A DNA stretch of 64,000 bases from Bacillota bacterium (GTDB lineage Bacteria; Bacillota; Clostridia; Acetivibrionales; DTU013). The position numbers and the translations under genes are program-made. The notes under the pieces are model-generated. The model was given only the letters and a program-made list of their open reading frames with translations. It ran no database searches and had not been told where the DNA came from. The stretch is from contig JAEXNT010000011.1 in assembly GCA_023439545.1 (NCBI GenBank), positions 139,659 through 203,658 of the forward strand, read 5' to 3'. This document shows, one piece after another, positions 38,838-48,260 of this stretch; within the stretch, counting starts at the first letter, position 1, and every line of letters starts with the position of its first letter.

Positions 38838-41277
38838 CAGGGTTGATGTCCACGCTAAGGTCCACATCAGATCCGCCTTTATTTTTCCAGAATCCGTCCG
38901 ATACGTCGGAAAGCATCGCGGCAAGCCTGTCCTTGGAGTCGCACTTGATCAGCAGCCTCCATCTGTAGCGGTTGCGAAGCCTGGCTGCAGGTGCTCTCAC
39001 AGGTCCGGGCATCAACTCGTCTCCACTGGCAGGATCGATGATGGACGAAAGCAGCGAGGCCGTTTCCTTGGCCTTTGCAAAAGCCAGCTTGTCAAAGGGC
39101 GAGCTGACAACAAGACAGGCGATATTTGTGTACGGCGGATACCTGAGACGTCTCCTGATATCCGCCTCCTGTCTGTAGAATGCTTCATAATCGTGCGAGC
39201 AGGACGATATTATACTGTAATCGTCGGTATTATACGTCTGAATGACAACGCGCCCCGGAAGCTCTCCCCTGCCCGCCCTTCCGGAGACCTGTGTCAGGAG
39301 CTGGAAGGTCCTCTCGGAAGCCCTGTAATCATCCATGCCGAGCAGGCTGTCCGCCGCAAGAACCCCGACGAGCGTAACGTTCGGAAAATCATGGCCTTTC
39401 GCTATCATCTGAGTCCCGACAAGTATATTTATATTCTTCTCCCGGAATGAGTCCAGAATCTCTTCATGTGAATGCTTTCCCGAAGTAGTATCCATGTCCA
39501 TCCTGATAACGGAGCAGCCTGGAAAATGCTTCTGGAGATCTTCCTCCACCTTCTGCGTACCTGCTCCGAACTGGCGGATATGGTTACTTCCACATTCGGG
39601 GCATACGGAAGGCATTTTTACCGTGTAACCGCAATAATGACATATCAGCCTGTCTTCAGCCGCATGGTAGGTCATGGTCACACTGCAATACCTGCATTTG
39701 AGACTGATCCCGCAGTTCCTGCACAATACGAAAGAGGAATAGCCTCTTCTGTTCAGAAATAATATGGTCTGTTGTCCCAGGGCGATATTCTTCTCGATTT
39801 CGGCTGAAAGCGCTGAGCTGAACATGGTGCGGTTGCCCGCCTCGAGTTCCTTTCTCATGTCAACAAGCATGACTTCGGGCATCACAAGCGCATTGGTACG
39901 TTCCTTCATTGTAACAAGCCCTATTTCCCCTTCAACAGCCCGTTTATATGTCTCCAGCGAAGGAGTCGCAGAGCCGTACAGCAGTAATGCCCCGTCCTGC
40001 CGGCACCTGCTCGCTGCGACCTGCGCGGCGCTGTACTTTGGAGTGGTTTCGGACTTGTACGTATTTTCGTGCTCCTCGTCGATGATGATAAGCCCCAGGT
40101 TTTCAAAAGGCGCAAATACTGCTGAACGCGCACCCACGACCACCCGGACTTCACCGTTTCTTATGAGACGCCATTGGTCATAGCGTTCGCCAAGAGATAA
40201 TCTGCTGTGCAGCACAGCGACCCGGTTTCCGAACCTGCCCCTGAAGCGGTCTGTCATCTGCGGCGTGAGCGATATCTCGGGTACCAGCACTATAGCCTGC
40301 CTGCCCTTATCGAGCGAATACTGTATCATCTGAAGGTAAACTTCAGTTTTTCCGCTGCCTGTAACTCCATGCAGCAGCATTTCATTGAAAAGGCCGCTGT
40401 CCATGCGGGATCGCGCGTATTCGAGCGCCTCTGCCTGCTCGCGTGTGGGTTCCATCGGAGATGTGCTTTCCACTTCCCTGTGCTTAAGAGGATCACGTTT
40501 CACCTCGATATCCGTGTAATATATGTAGTTGTTTTTCCTGAGCGTATCGATGACGGAAGTCGAAACAGAGGCGAAACGCGCAAGATCTGCCACCGCTATG
40601 TATTCATTTTCCAGAAGCATCTCCAGTATACGGATCTGCTGTATTCTTTTTATAGCGCCGTTTTGGATATCCTCTTCGACTTCTTCGCGGGACATCGCCA
40701 GTCCTGCCACCCGGACGGATTTTTCCCTTACGGCTGCGGAATACTGTTCATCCACCCTTATTGCGCCGTCTTTCTCGAGCGCGCTTATATGCTTGGTGAA
40801 AGCTGTCTTGACATTGCTGAGCTTTTTCAACTCTTCCATCCCAAGGATACCGTCATTCGACTCCAACGCCGAAATGATGGCTTTTTGCGAAGGTGACAGC
40901 TTCAGCCCCCCGGCACATGTCAGCCTGACGACCTTCAGCGTCTTCACGTCGATTCCGGCAGGCAGCATGCATTTGATCGCAGACGCATACGTACAGAAAT
41001 ACCGCTGCTTCATCCAGCCTGCAAGCTCTATCTGCGAAACGGTCAATACAGGCTTTTTATCAATAATTTTTTTTATGGTTTTCATCCGGCTGAAATCTGA
41101 ATTCCCGGCAAAGCCCAAGACATAGCCTTCCTTAAGGCTGTTACCGTTCCCGAAGGGTACGATGACCCTCATTCCGGGAAGCAGGTTTTCCGAAAGGTCT
41201 TCCGGTACAAGATAATGATAAGGTTTGTCAAACTCCCGCATAGTGCCGTTTATGGCTACAACAGCGATTTTTTCCAT
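38824..41277 (-). CDS. priA: Primosomal protein N' (replication restart helicase PriA)
   Basis: GVTGSGKTEVY Walker A, DEEH box and Cys-rich Zn region. ATG 41277 lies 5 nt after AAAGGAG. Confidence 0.94.
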   Translation of the reverse strand: MEKIAVVAINGTMREFDKPYHYLVPEDLSENLLPGMRVIVPFGNGNSLKEGYVLGFAGNSDFSRMKTIKKIIDKKPVLTVSQIELAGWMKQRYFCTYASAIKCMLPAGIDVKTLKVVRLTCAGGLKLSPSQKAIISALESNDGILGMEELKKLSNVKTAFTKHISALEKDGAIRVDEQYSAAVREKSVRVAGLAMSREEVEEDIQNGAIKRIQQIRILEMLLENEYIAVADLARFASVSTSVIDTLRKNNYIYYTDIEVKRDPLKHREVESTSPMEPTREQAEALEYARSRMDSGLFNEMLLHGVTGSGKTEVYLQMIQYSLDKGRQAIVLVPEISLTPQMTDRFRGRFGNRVAVLHSRLSLGERYDQWRLIRNGEVRVVVGARSAVFAPFENLGLIIIDEEHENTYKSETTPKYSAAQVAASRCRQDGALLLYGSATPSLETYKRAVEGEIGLVTMKERTNALVMPEVMLVDMRKELEAGNRTMFSSALSAEIEKNIALGQQTILFLNRRGYSSFVLCRNCGISLKCRYCSVTMTYHAAEDRLICHYCGYTVKMPSVCPECGSNHIRQFGAGTQKVEEDLQKHFPGCSVIRMDMDTTSGKHSHEEILDSFREKNINILVGTQMIAKGHDFPNVTLVGVLAADSLLGMDDYRASERTFQLLTQVSGRAGRGELPGRVVIQTYNTDDYSIISSCSHDYEAFYRQEADIRRRLRYPPYTNIACLVVSSPFDKLAFAKAKETASLLSSIIDPASGDELMPGPVRAPAARLRNRYRWRLLIKCDSKDRLAAMLSDVSDGFWKNKGGSDVDLSVDINPVSMM

Positions 41278-41502
41278 TGCGACTCCTTTCGATCGGGAAG
41301 TCATAATAAGTAAACTGTACGGCGTATTTCAATTATACATCAACTATGCATCAGCGCAAACAGGAGTAAAACAACGACGAACCGTCCCTGCGTTTCGCCT
41401 GCGTTTCTCAAGCCTTACAGGAATTTCTTGTTTTAGTATCCGCATTAGTTTATAATGTTTAGAGAAAATACCCTGCAATAATTATTTTTAAGGATGGAAA
41501 AA

Positions 41503-42303
41503 ATGATAATCATAGGCGAAAAATTGAACAGTACATTGAAAGCTGCAAGAGCAGCGATCGAAACTGCCGACACGGCATTTGTGCAGGAACTTGCAAAAAA
41601 ACAATATGAAGCCGGAGCCACCTATATAGATGTAAATGCCGGTATGTTTATAAATGATGAACCTGAAAAACTGGAATGGCTTGTTAAAACCGTTCAGGAA
41701 GTGGTGGATGCTCCGCTGTCCATAGATTCGCCCAACCCATTGGCAGTTGAAAGGGCTTTGAAGGCGGTAAAAACGCCAAAGCCCATCATCAACTCGATAA
41801 CGTTCGAAAAGGAAAGATATAATGCCGTACTTCCTCTGGTACTCCAATACAACACCGGCATTGTTGCACTATGCATGGATGATTCCGGAATGCCCGAAAC
41901 TGTAGACGAAAGAGTGTCCATCGCCGAAAAGCTGATTGCGGGGATGACAGCCAAGGGCGTCTCGATTTCCGATATCTACATCGATCCGATGGTCAGGCCG
42001 ATAGGTACCGGCGATCATTACGGCAAAGTGGCTCTCGAAACCATACGCAAGGTAAAGAGAGAATTCCCCGAAGTGCATATAACCTGCGGCCTTAGTAACA
42101 TATCCTTCGGTATACCCGCCAGAAAGGTTATGAACCAGGCCTTCCTCATCGCCGCAATGACTTCCGGAATGGACGGCGCGATCCTCGATCCCCTTGACAA
42201 CAAGCTGATGACCTTCGTATACGCAACCGAAGCACTGCTTGGGTATGATGAATTCTGCATGAACTACCTTATGAAATTCAGGGAAGGTCTTTTTGAAATA
42301 TGA
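41503..42303 (+). CDS. Pterin-binding (DHPS-like) methyltetrahydrofolate-corrinoid methyltransferase family protein
   Basis: IIIGEKLNS...YIDVNAG pattern. Start could instead be ATG 41494. Confidence 0.75.
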   Translation: MIIIGEKLNSTLKAARAAIETADTAFVQELAKKQYEAGATYIDVNAGMFINDEPEKLEWLVKTVQEVVDAPLSIDSPNPLAVERALKAVKTPKPIINSITFEKERYNAVLPLVLQYNTGIVALCMDDSGMPETVDERVSIAEKLIAGMTAKGVSISDIYIDPMVRPIGTGDHYGKVALETIRKVKREFPEVHITCGLSNISFGIPARKVMNQAFLIAAMTSGMDGAILDPLDNKLMTFVYATEALLGYDEFCMNYLMKFREGLFEI

Positions 42304-43556
42304 AGGTTCTTGGAATAGTCGCCGAGTACAATCCGTTCCACAATGGACATTTGTATCATCTCGAGACTTCCAGGGCATTGACGGGAGCCGACTGTATCGT
42401 TGCCGTGATGAGCGGCAATTTCACACAGCGCGGTGAACCAGCCGTGGTCGATAAATGGGCCAGGGCAGAAATGGCTTTGCAATGTGGCGTCGATTTAGTA
42501 ATAGAACTGCCGGTGCTATATGCGATGTCAAGCGCGGAGTATTTCGCTTTTGGCGCCGTGAAGCTGCTTGACAGCCTCGGCGTGGTGGACACGCTATGTT
42601 TCGGCAGCGAGTTCGGTTTGATCAACAAATTGGAACAGACTGCGGCTATTCTCACCGATGAGCCTGACGAATACAAGGCTTTGCTCAAAGCCTGCCTGTC
42701 CTCGGGCAAATCCTTCCCCGCCGCAAGGCAGAAAGCTCTTTCTGAATATCTCAAATCAAAATATCACAAAGATGACCTCTCGGAGCTGCTCAGGAACCCC
42801 AACAACATATTGGGAATAGAATACCTCAAGGCACTCAGGCGCCTGAACAGCAGGATCGTTCCGCTGACTGTGGGAAGGGTGGAAAACGATTACAATTCTG
42901 TAGAACTGACCGGCAAAATCAGCAGCGCCACTTCCATAAGAAAGGTGCTGTCTTCAAACCCCTGGTACGGTGCAAGAGAATTGCTGGAGTCCTGCCTGCC
43001 CAATCCGTCGCTTGCGATAATGGAACGGGAGGTCGAAGTAGGCAGAGGTCCCGTCTTCCCTCTGGATTTCGCGCAGCTTCTTTTATCGACCCTAAGAAAA
43101 ATGACAATCGACCAGATAAAAAATCTTCCGTATATGGAAAACGGTCTTGAAAACAGGATCAGGCTGGCGACCGGGAATTCGGCCACCTGGCAGGAGCTCG
43201 TCGACAGGATCTGCACGAAGCGGTATACGATTACACGTGTGCAGAGGATACTGTTCAGTGCGCTGGCCGGTCTTGACAGCGAATCGCTGGAATATTTCAC
43301 CCGCCTTGGCGGACCTGCCTGCATCAGAATACTGGGCTTCAATGAAACCGGAAGGAAATTGCTTTCCGAAACACGAGGCAAATCAACGCTTCCCGTCATA
43401 ACAAAAACCGCCGGATATAAGAATTCAACGGTCGAGGGAGTCGCCAGAACGCTCAAGCTTGAAGCGGCAGCCACAGACCAGTATGTAATAGCCTGTCAGA
43501 ACCCATATATGCGCAAGTCAGGCGCCGAATTCACACGAAACGTAGTTATGTGTTAA
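42300..43556 (+). CDS. tmcAL: tRNA(Met) cytidine acetate ligase (UPF0348/DUF795 nucleotidyltransferase)
   Basis: GIVAEYNPFHNGHLYHL HIGH-like motif. Confidence 0.85.
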   Translation: MKVLGIVAEYNPFHNGHLYHLETSRALTGADCIVAVMSGNFTQRGEPAVVDKWARAEMALQCGVDLVIELPVLYAMSSAEYFAFGAVKLLDSLGVVDTLCFGSEFGLINKLEQTAAILTDEPDEYKALLKACLSSGKSFPAARQKALSEYLKSKYHKDDLSELLRNPNNILGIEYLKALRRLNSRIVPLTVGRVENDYNSVELTGKISSATSIRKVLSSNPWYGARELLESCLPNPSLAIMEREVEVGRGPVFPLDFAQLLLSTLRKMTIDQIKNLPYMENGLENRIRLATGNSATWQELVDRICTKRYTITRVQRILFSALAGLDSESLEYFTRLGGPACIRILGFNETGRKLLSETRGKSTLPVITKTAGYKNSTVEGVARTLKLEAAATDQYVIACQNPYMRKSGAEFTRNVVMC

Positions 43557-43641
43557 CAATTTGTTCCGTTTTTCTTTTTACAGAAGGAATTTTTCAAACT
43601 GTATAGAATAGGAATATATAAGAATATGATGGAGGTGTTGT

Positions 43642-44442
43642 ATGAAATATCTAACTAATGCAGTCAATTTCTCGATCAAAAACTGGATGCTCATACTCCC
43701 GGTTTTCGTATTGTCAGCGATAGTCAACTTGATCAGCAATGCGGCGACTCCTAGTCTCAGCACTATTACAGCATTGATGAACCCGAACAATATTACCGAC
43801 CCCACAGCATTGTTTTCGTCAGTAACCTCGTTGATGGGAGCTGCCGCTGGCGCTGGAATTATTGCTTTTATAGCGACGCTTATTTATTCACCGGCAACCT
43901 ACGGACTTGTCAACAAGGGCCTTGAAACAGGAAGCGCAGGCATGAACGACCTTGGTTCGGCTATCAGCAGCAATTTTGCAAAATTTATAATGTATGTTGT
44001 CGGTATGATCGTTTTAATACTTGGATTGTCCATCGCATTTTTCATAGTGGTATTCCTCCTCGGATTGCTGCTGGGACTCCTCGGTACTTTCGGAAATGTA
44101 CTTATGGTAATAATAATGCTAGCAATCGGGGTATTTTTTATAGCTTTAGCTGTTTTGCTGAGCATGTGGTTCGCCGCCATGGTAGTCGACGGACTGAGTG
44201 TCGTCGATGCTGCCAAGAAGTCTATCGACGTCGTCAAAGGCTGCTTCTGGACAGTTTTGGGGATAACCGTTCTGGTCTCGATACTGTTTGGCATAGCAGG
44301 TTTCATACTAGGCCTGTTAAGAGTAATACCGCTGCTTGGACCGATTATCTACAGCGCTGCTCCGGCTGCACAATATTTCGTAATGGCCGTATTCGTACTG
44401 ATGGTCTATCGCGACAGGACCGGCAGGGCTTCCGCGGTATGA
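43642..44442 (+). CDS. Polytopic membrane protein of unknown function
   Basis: 266 aa with several long hydrophobic helices. No family recognised. Confidence 0.6.
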   Translation: MKYLTNAVNFSIKNWMLILPVFVLSAIVNLISNAATPSLSTITALMNPNNITDPTALFSSVTSLMGAAAGAGIIAFIATLIYSPATYGLVNKGLETGSAGMNDLGSAISSNFAKFIMYVVGMIVLILGLSIAFFIVVFLLGLLLGLLGTFGNVLMVIIMLAIGVFFIALAVLLSMWFAAMVVDGLSVVDAAKKSIDVVKGCFWTVLGITVLVSILFGIAGFILGLLRVIPLLGPIIYSAAPAAQYFVMAVFVLMVYRDRTGRASAV

Positions 44443-44496
44443 TGGCCGTATGAAGATAACCGGTTTGATAAAGTCAGAATTTAAATAAAGTCAATA

Positions 44497-44531
44497 AAAC
44501 GGGGACCTGAAAACGGTCTCCGTTTATTTTT
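44497..44531 (+). terminator. Intrinsic terminator
   Basis: aaacggggacc-N7-ggtctccgttt followed by atttttg. Confidence 0.8.
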
Positions 44532-44537
44532 GACGTG

Positions 44538-44643
44538 GGAAAGGGATGGGACATTGGGACAGGGAAAAGTCAATGTCCCCATGTCCCATCCCTTTCCTTG
44601 TGTCCCACCTGTCCCCATATCCGACCATCCCTGTGTCCCACTT
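44538..44643. repeat. Long imperfect hairpin plus GTCCC-rich tract upstream of tyrS
   Basis: ggaaagggatgggacat (44538-44554) pairs with atgtcccatccctttcc (44581-44597). It is followed by three further (g)tgtccc(a/c) copies. Confidence 0.85.
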
Positions 44644-44712
44644 TACAGCCTTGAATTACTGGCGGCAGTATGGTAAAATACACAAAAAGCAAAACACAGA
44701 GGTAATAAAAAT

Positions 44713-45942
44713 ATGTCGAACAACGTGTATGATATACTTAAGGAACGCGGCTTTATCGCACAGCTCACCCATGAAGAGGAAATAAAAAAGCTTCTTGAGG
44801 ATGAGAAGGTCACCTTCTACATAGGCTTCGATCCCACGGCCGACAGCCTGCACGTAGGGCATTTCCTGCAGATGATGGTTATGGCGCACATGCAGCGCGC
44901 GGGACACAAACCGATCGCACTCATTGGCGGCGGTACCGCAATGGTCGGAGACCCCTCCGGCAGGACCGACATGCGTAAAATGATGACACGTGAAACTATC
45001 AAATATAATTCCGACAAATTCAAGCTCCAGCTCTCGAAGTTCATAGATTTCACAAACGACAGGGCCATGATGGTTAATAACTCCGACTGGCTCCTCGAAC
45101 TCAATTATGTCGAGTTTTTAAGAGATATAGGCGTTCATTTTTCGGTCAACAGGATGCTGACGGCGGAATGCTTCAAGTCCAGGATGGAAAAAGGCCTGAC
45201 CTTTATAGAATTCAATTATATGCTCATGCAGAGTTACGACTTCCTCGTGCTCAGCCAGAAATACGGCTGCCGTATTGAACTCGGCGGAGACGACCAGTGG
45301 AGCAACATACTGGGAGGTATAGAGCTAATAAGGCGCGTAGATGGCAAGGAAGCCTACGGTATGACCTTTACCCTGCTAACCAACAGCGAAGGCAAAAAAA
45401 TGGGCAAAACGGAAAAAGGCGCGCTCTGGCTCGACCCCGAAAAGACGTCGCCCTATGATTTCTATCAGTACTGGAGGAACGTTGATGACGCCGACGTTAT
45501 AAAGTGCCTGAAGCTTCTCACCTTCCTCCCGATGAGCGAAATAAACAAGCTGGCGGAATTGAAAAATGAACAGATAAATGAAGCCAAAAAAGTGCTGGCA
45601 TACGAAGTAACCAAGCTCGTTCATGGCGAAGCCGAAGCCTCCAACGCGCGTCAACTCGCGGAAGCCCTGTTTGGCGGCGGCGGAAACACCAGCAACATGC
45701 CGTCTACCGAAATAGCCGCAGACGAACTGGCAGTCGGGATCAATATCATTGACGCACTCGTGAAAACCGGGCTTGTGCCATCAAAAGGCGAGGGTCGCAG
45801 ACTGGTGCAGCAGGGCGGAATTTATCTCGAAGAAGACGCGGTAACGGCCTTTGACTTCACTATTACAAAGGAGCTGTTCAAAAACAACGAGCTAATCATT
45901 AAAAAAGGCAAAAAGACATACCACAAATTGATCATTAAATAG
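44713..45942 (+). CDS. tyrS: Tyrosine--tRNA ligase
   Basis: HVGH (HIGH) and KMGKT (KMSKS) motifs, with a C-terminal S4 domain. Confidence 0.96.
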   Translation: MSNNVYDILKERGFIAQLTHEEEIKKLLEDEKVTFYIGFDPTADSLHVGHFLQMMVMAHMQRAGHKPIALIGGGTAMVGDPSGRTDMRKMMTRETIKYNSDKFKLQLSKFIDFTNDRAMMVNNSDWLLELNYVEFLRDIGVHFSVNRMLTAECFKSRMEKGLTFIEFNYMLMQSYDFLVLSQKYGCRIELGGDDQWSNILGGIELIRRVDGKEAYGMTFTLLTNSEGKKMGKTEKGALWLDPEKTSPYDFYQYWRNVDDADVIKCLKLLTFLPMSEINKLAELKNEQINEAKKVLAYEVTKLVHGEAEASNARQLAEALFGGGGNTSNMPSTEIAADELAVGINIIDALVKTGLVPSKGEGRRLVQQGGIYLEEDAVTAFDFTITKELFKNNELIIKKGKKTYHKLIIK

Positions 45943-45970
45943 CCAGTGAACCGTCCCTGCGTTTCATTAA

Positions 45971-45994
45971 AAAACCGGCCGAAGGCCGGTTTTT
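45971..45994. terminator. Bidirectional terminator between tyrS and rnj
   Basis: aaaaccggcc-gaa-ggccggtttt. Confidence 0.85.
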
Positions 45995-46013
45995 CCATTT
46001 CGCATGATCTTTG

Positions 46014-47684
46014 CTATATTTCCATTATTATAGGCAGTATCACAGGCTTGCGCTTTGTCTTTTCAAACAGGAAATTTCTCAATTCATCCTTTATCTGGCC
46101 TTTCTTTGCGGACCAGTCATTTTTGTTCTTTGAATTTTCAAATTTGGCGAGAGTATTCTTTATCAAATCCCGCGATTCCTCTATAAGATCCTCAGCCTCG
46201 CGCACATAGACAAAGCCCCTCGAAATAATATCCGGTCCGGCCAATAGCTGCCCTGATTCCTTTTCTATTGTTATTACGACAACTATCAAACCGTCCTGCG
46301 ACAGAAGCTTTCTGTCCCTCAATACAATGCTGCCCACATCCCCTACGCCAAGGCCGTCGACAAGTACTCTTCCCGATGAGACCGTGCCATTGATCTTTGC
46401 GGAATCCGAACTCAGCTCGAGTACCTTTCCGTTCTCCATCATAAAAATGTTCTCGGGCGGCATTCCAAGCTTGGCAGCAAGGTTGGCATGTTGTTTCAGA
46501 TGCCTGTATTCGCCGTGCACGGGCATAAAGAACTTTGGCTTTACAAGGTTATGAATGAGTTTGAGCTCCTCACGGCAAGCGTGCCCGGACACATGGACTT
46601 CAGCAAGGGATTCGTAAATGACGTCGGCTCCCTTTTTGAACAGTTCGTTAATCACCTTGATTATCGGTTTTTCATTACCCGGTATAGGCGATGCCGAGAT
46701 TATTATCAGATCGCCCGGTTCGATCTCGACCTTCTTGTGCTCCGAGGCCGCCATCCTTGACAGGCCCGACATGGGCTCGCCCTGGCTGCCGGTAGTTATG
46801 ACCACCATCCTGTCGGAAGGGTATTTATCGATAAGATCGATGTCGATAAGCATACCTTCGGGAATATTGAGGTAACCCAGTTCCCTGGCGGCGTTCACTA
46901 CATTTACCATGCTCCTGCCTACAACCGATACCTTCCTGTTGAATTTACCGGCCGCATTTATGACCTGCTGTATCCTGTCAACGTTTGAAGCAAAACTGGC
47001 AACTATTATCCTGCTTTTTGCATTTATAAAGATCTCGTCGAAGGTATCCCCGACGGTTCTCTCCGACATCGTGTAGCCGGGCCGCTCTACATTCGTACTG
47101 TCGCACATGAGAAGAAGCACGCCCTTTTTCCCCAATTCAGCCAGACGGGCAAGATCGATGGGTTTGCCCTGTATGGGCGTGTAATCGATCTTGAAGTCGG
47201 AGGTGTGCAGGATCATCCCTGCCGGCGTATGTATGGCAAGCATTACGGAATCCGCTATACTGTGCGTCGATCTGATGAATTCCACTTTGAACGCTCCGAG
47301 CTGTATAGTCTCGCCGGGCTCGACATCATTGAGCTCGACAACCGAAAGCAGCCCATGCTCCTCCAGCTTATATTTAAGCAGGCCGTTGGTAAGTCTTGTC
47401 GCATATACCGGCACATTTATCTCCTTGAGAAAATAAGGCATGGCGCCTATATGATCCTCGTGCCCGTGCGATACTACTATCCCCCTGATCTTTTCCCTGT
47501 TTTTGGCCAGGTACGAGACGTCCGGTATCACAAGGTCTATACCCAGCATATCGTCCTCGGGAAAAGCCAGACCGCAATCCACAACAATAATATCTTCACC
47601 ATACTCGAAAACAGTTATGTTCTTCCCTATTTCCTGCAAACCGCCCAGCGGTATTACTTTAAGTTTCTGTTTGCTCTTTGACAC
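46014..47684 (-). CDS. rnj: Ribonuclease J
   Basis: Beta-CASP metallo-beta-lactamase with HGHEDH motif; 556 aa. Confidence 0.94.
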   Translation of the reverse strand: MSKSKQKLKVIPLGGLQEIGKNITVFEYGEDIIVVDCGLAFPEDDMLGIDLVIPDVSYLAKNREKIRGIVVSHGHEDHIGAMPYFLKEINVPVYATRLTNGLLKYKLEEHGLLSVVELNDVEPGETIQLGAFKVEFIRSTHSIADSVMLAIHTPAGMILHTSDFKIDYTPIQGKPIDLARLAELGKKGVLLLMCDSTNVERPGYTMSERTVGDTFDEIFINAKSRIIVASFASNVDRIQQVINAAGKFNRKVSVVGRSMVNVVNAARELGYLNIPEGMLIDIDLIDKYPSDRMVVITTGSQGEPMSGLSRMAASEHKKVEIEPGDLIIISASPIPGNEKPIIKVINELFKKGADVIYESLAEVHVSGHACREELKLIHNLVKPKFFMPVHGEYRHLKQHANLAAKLGMPPENIFMMENGKVLELSSDSAKINGTVSSGRVLVDGLGVGDVGSIVLRDRKLLSQDGLIVVVITIEKESGQLLAGPDIISRGFVYVREAEDLIEESRDLIKNTLAKFENSKNKNDWSAKKGQIKDELRNFLFEKTKRKPVILPIIMEI

Positions 47685-47904
47685 GTTAGATCCTCCAAAA
47701 CTTTCTTACATAATATCTTTCAACATTTGACCGTTCAATATGTATACGGTTTTTGCATACCTTATCCATTATAACACTTTATGAATCATTTGCAAAATAT
47801 TTGTAACCTCCAAACGCAGTCATATAGGTTAATTGAAGTGTTTTAAGACGTCCGGCAATAAAAAATTCACAAAAACGGTATGCAAAAATAGGACTACGTA
47901 CTCA

Positions 47905-47933
47905 TTGACATGGTATTTTAGCACTAGTATAAT
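47905..47933 (+). promoter_or_regulatory. Consensus sigma-A promoter
   Basis: TTGACA, 17 nt spacer, TATAAT, an exact consensus. Confidence 0.7.
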
Positions 47934-47939
47934 GAACTT

Positions 47940-48033
47940 ACTCGTTCGTTGAACGACTCTCTTTTGTTTAACCCGGATAAAAAGTTTACAAGTGAGATAA
48001 TACAGAGTCCCAATTGGGGCTCTGTATTTTCCT
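47940..48033 (+). ncRNA. Candidate ~95-nt small RNA (orphan promoter-terminator unit)
   Basis: Starts about 7 nt after the consensus -10 and ends at a 12-bp stem (48000-48027) plus a U run. No RBS-preceded ORF inside. Confidence 0.4.
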
Positions 48034-48101
48034 TTTCAGCATTTTTTAAATAATCGGCCATGCTTCCTGGTCGTCCGGCTTCCGCCTTTCCTGCCCCGTG
48101 T

Positions 48102-48152
48102 CCTTGCTCTATGCCTCCTTTCCCGCCCTATGCCCTTGCTCTATATGCCTCC
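48102..48152. repeat. Direct repeat ccttgctctat(at)gcctcc, 2 copies
   Basis: Copies at 48102-48118 and 48134-48152, read directly. Confidence 0.8.
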
Positions 48153-48260
48153 CCACGTGCACTGTTCCGGAAATAGGTTCACAAAGACAAGTCATATTGC
48201 ATATATGGAATCACATATATATTTAGAGTTTACAAAACTCAACCGGTTCGGAGGCTCTTC

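Noticed and set aside
44532-44712. T-box leader upstream of tyrS.
   Set aside because: I could find no T-box sequence, no specifier loop with UAC, and no terminator/antiterminator pair. Only GTCCC-type repeats are present.
47748-47888. A 12-nt long-range inverted repeat (cggtttttgcatacc / ggtatgcaaaaa) in the rnj upstream region as an autoregulatory structure.
   Set aside because: It is an AT-rich 12-mer with no supporting covariation available here, which is too weak to call.
1100-48152. The GTCCC(C)/GGGGAC repeats as a CRISPR array.
   Set aside because: The copies are dispersed over 47 kb, irregular in length and spacing, often self-complementary, and no cas genes are present.
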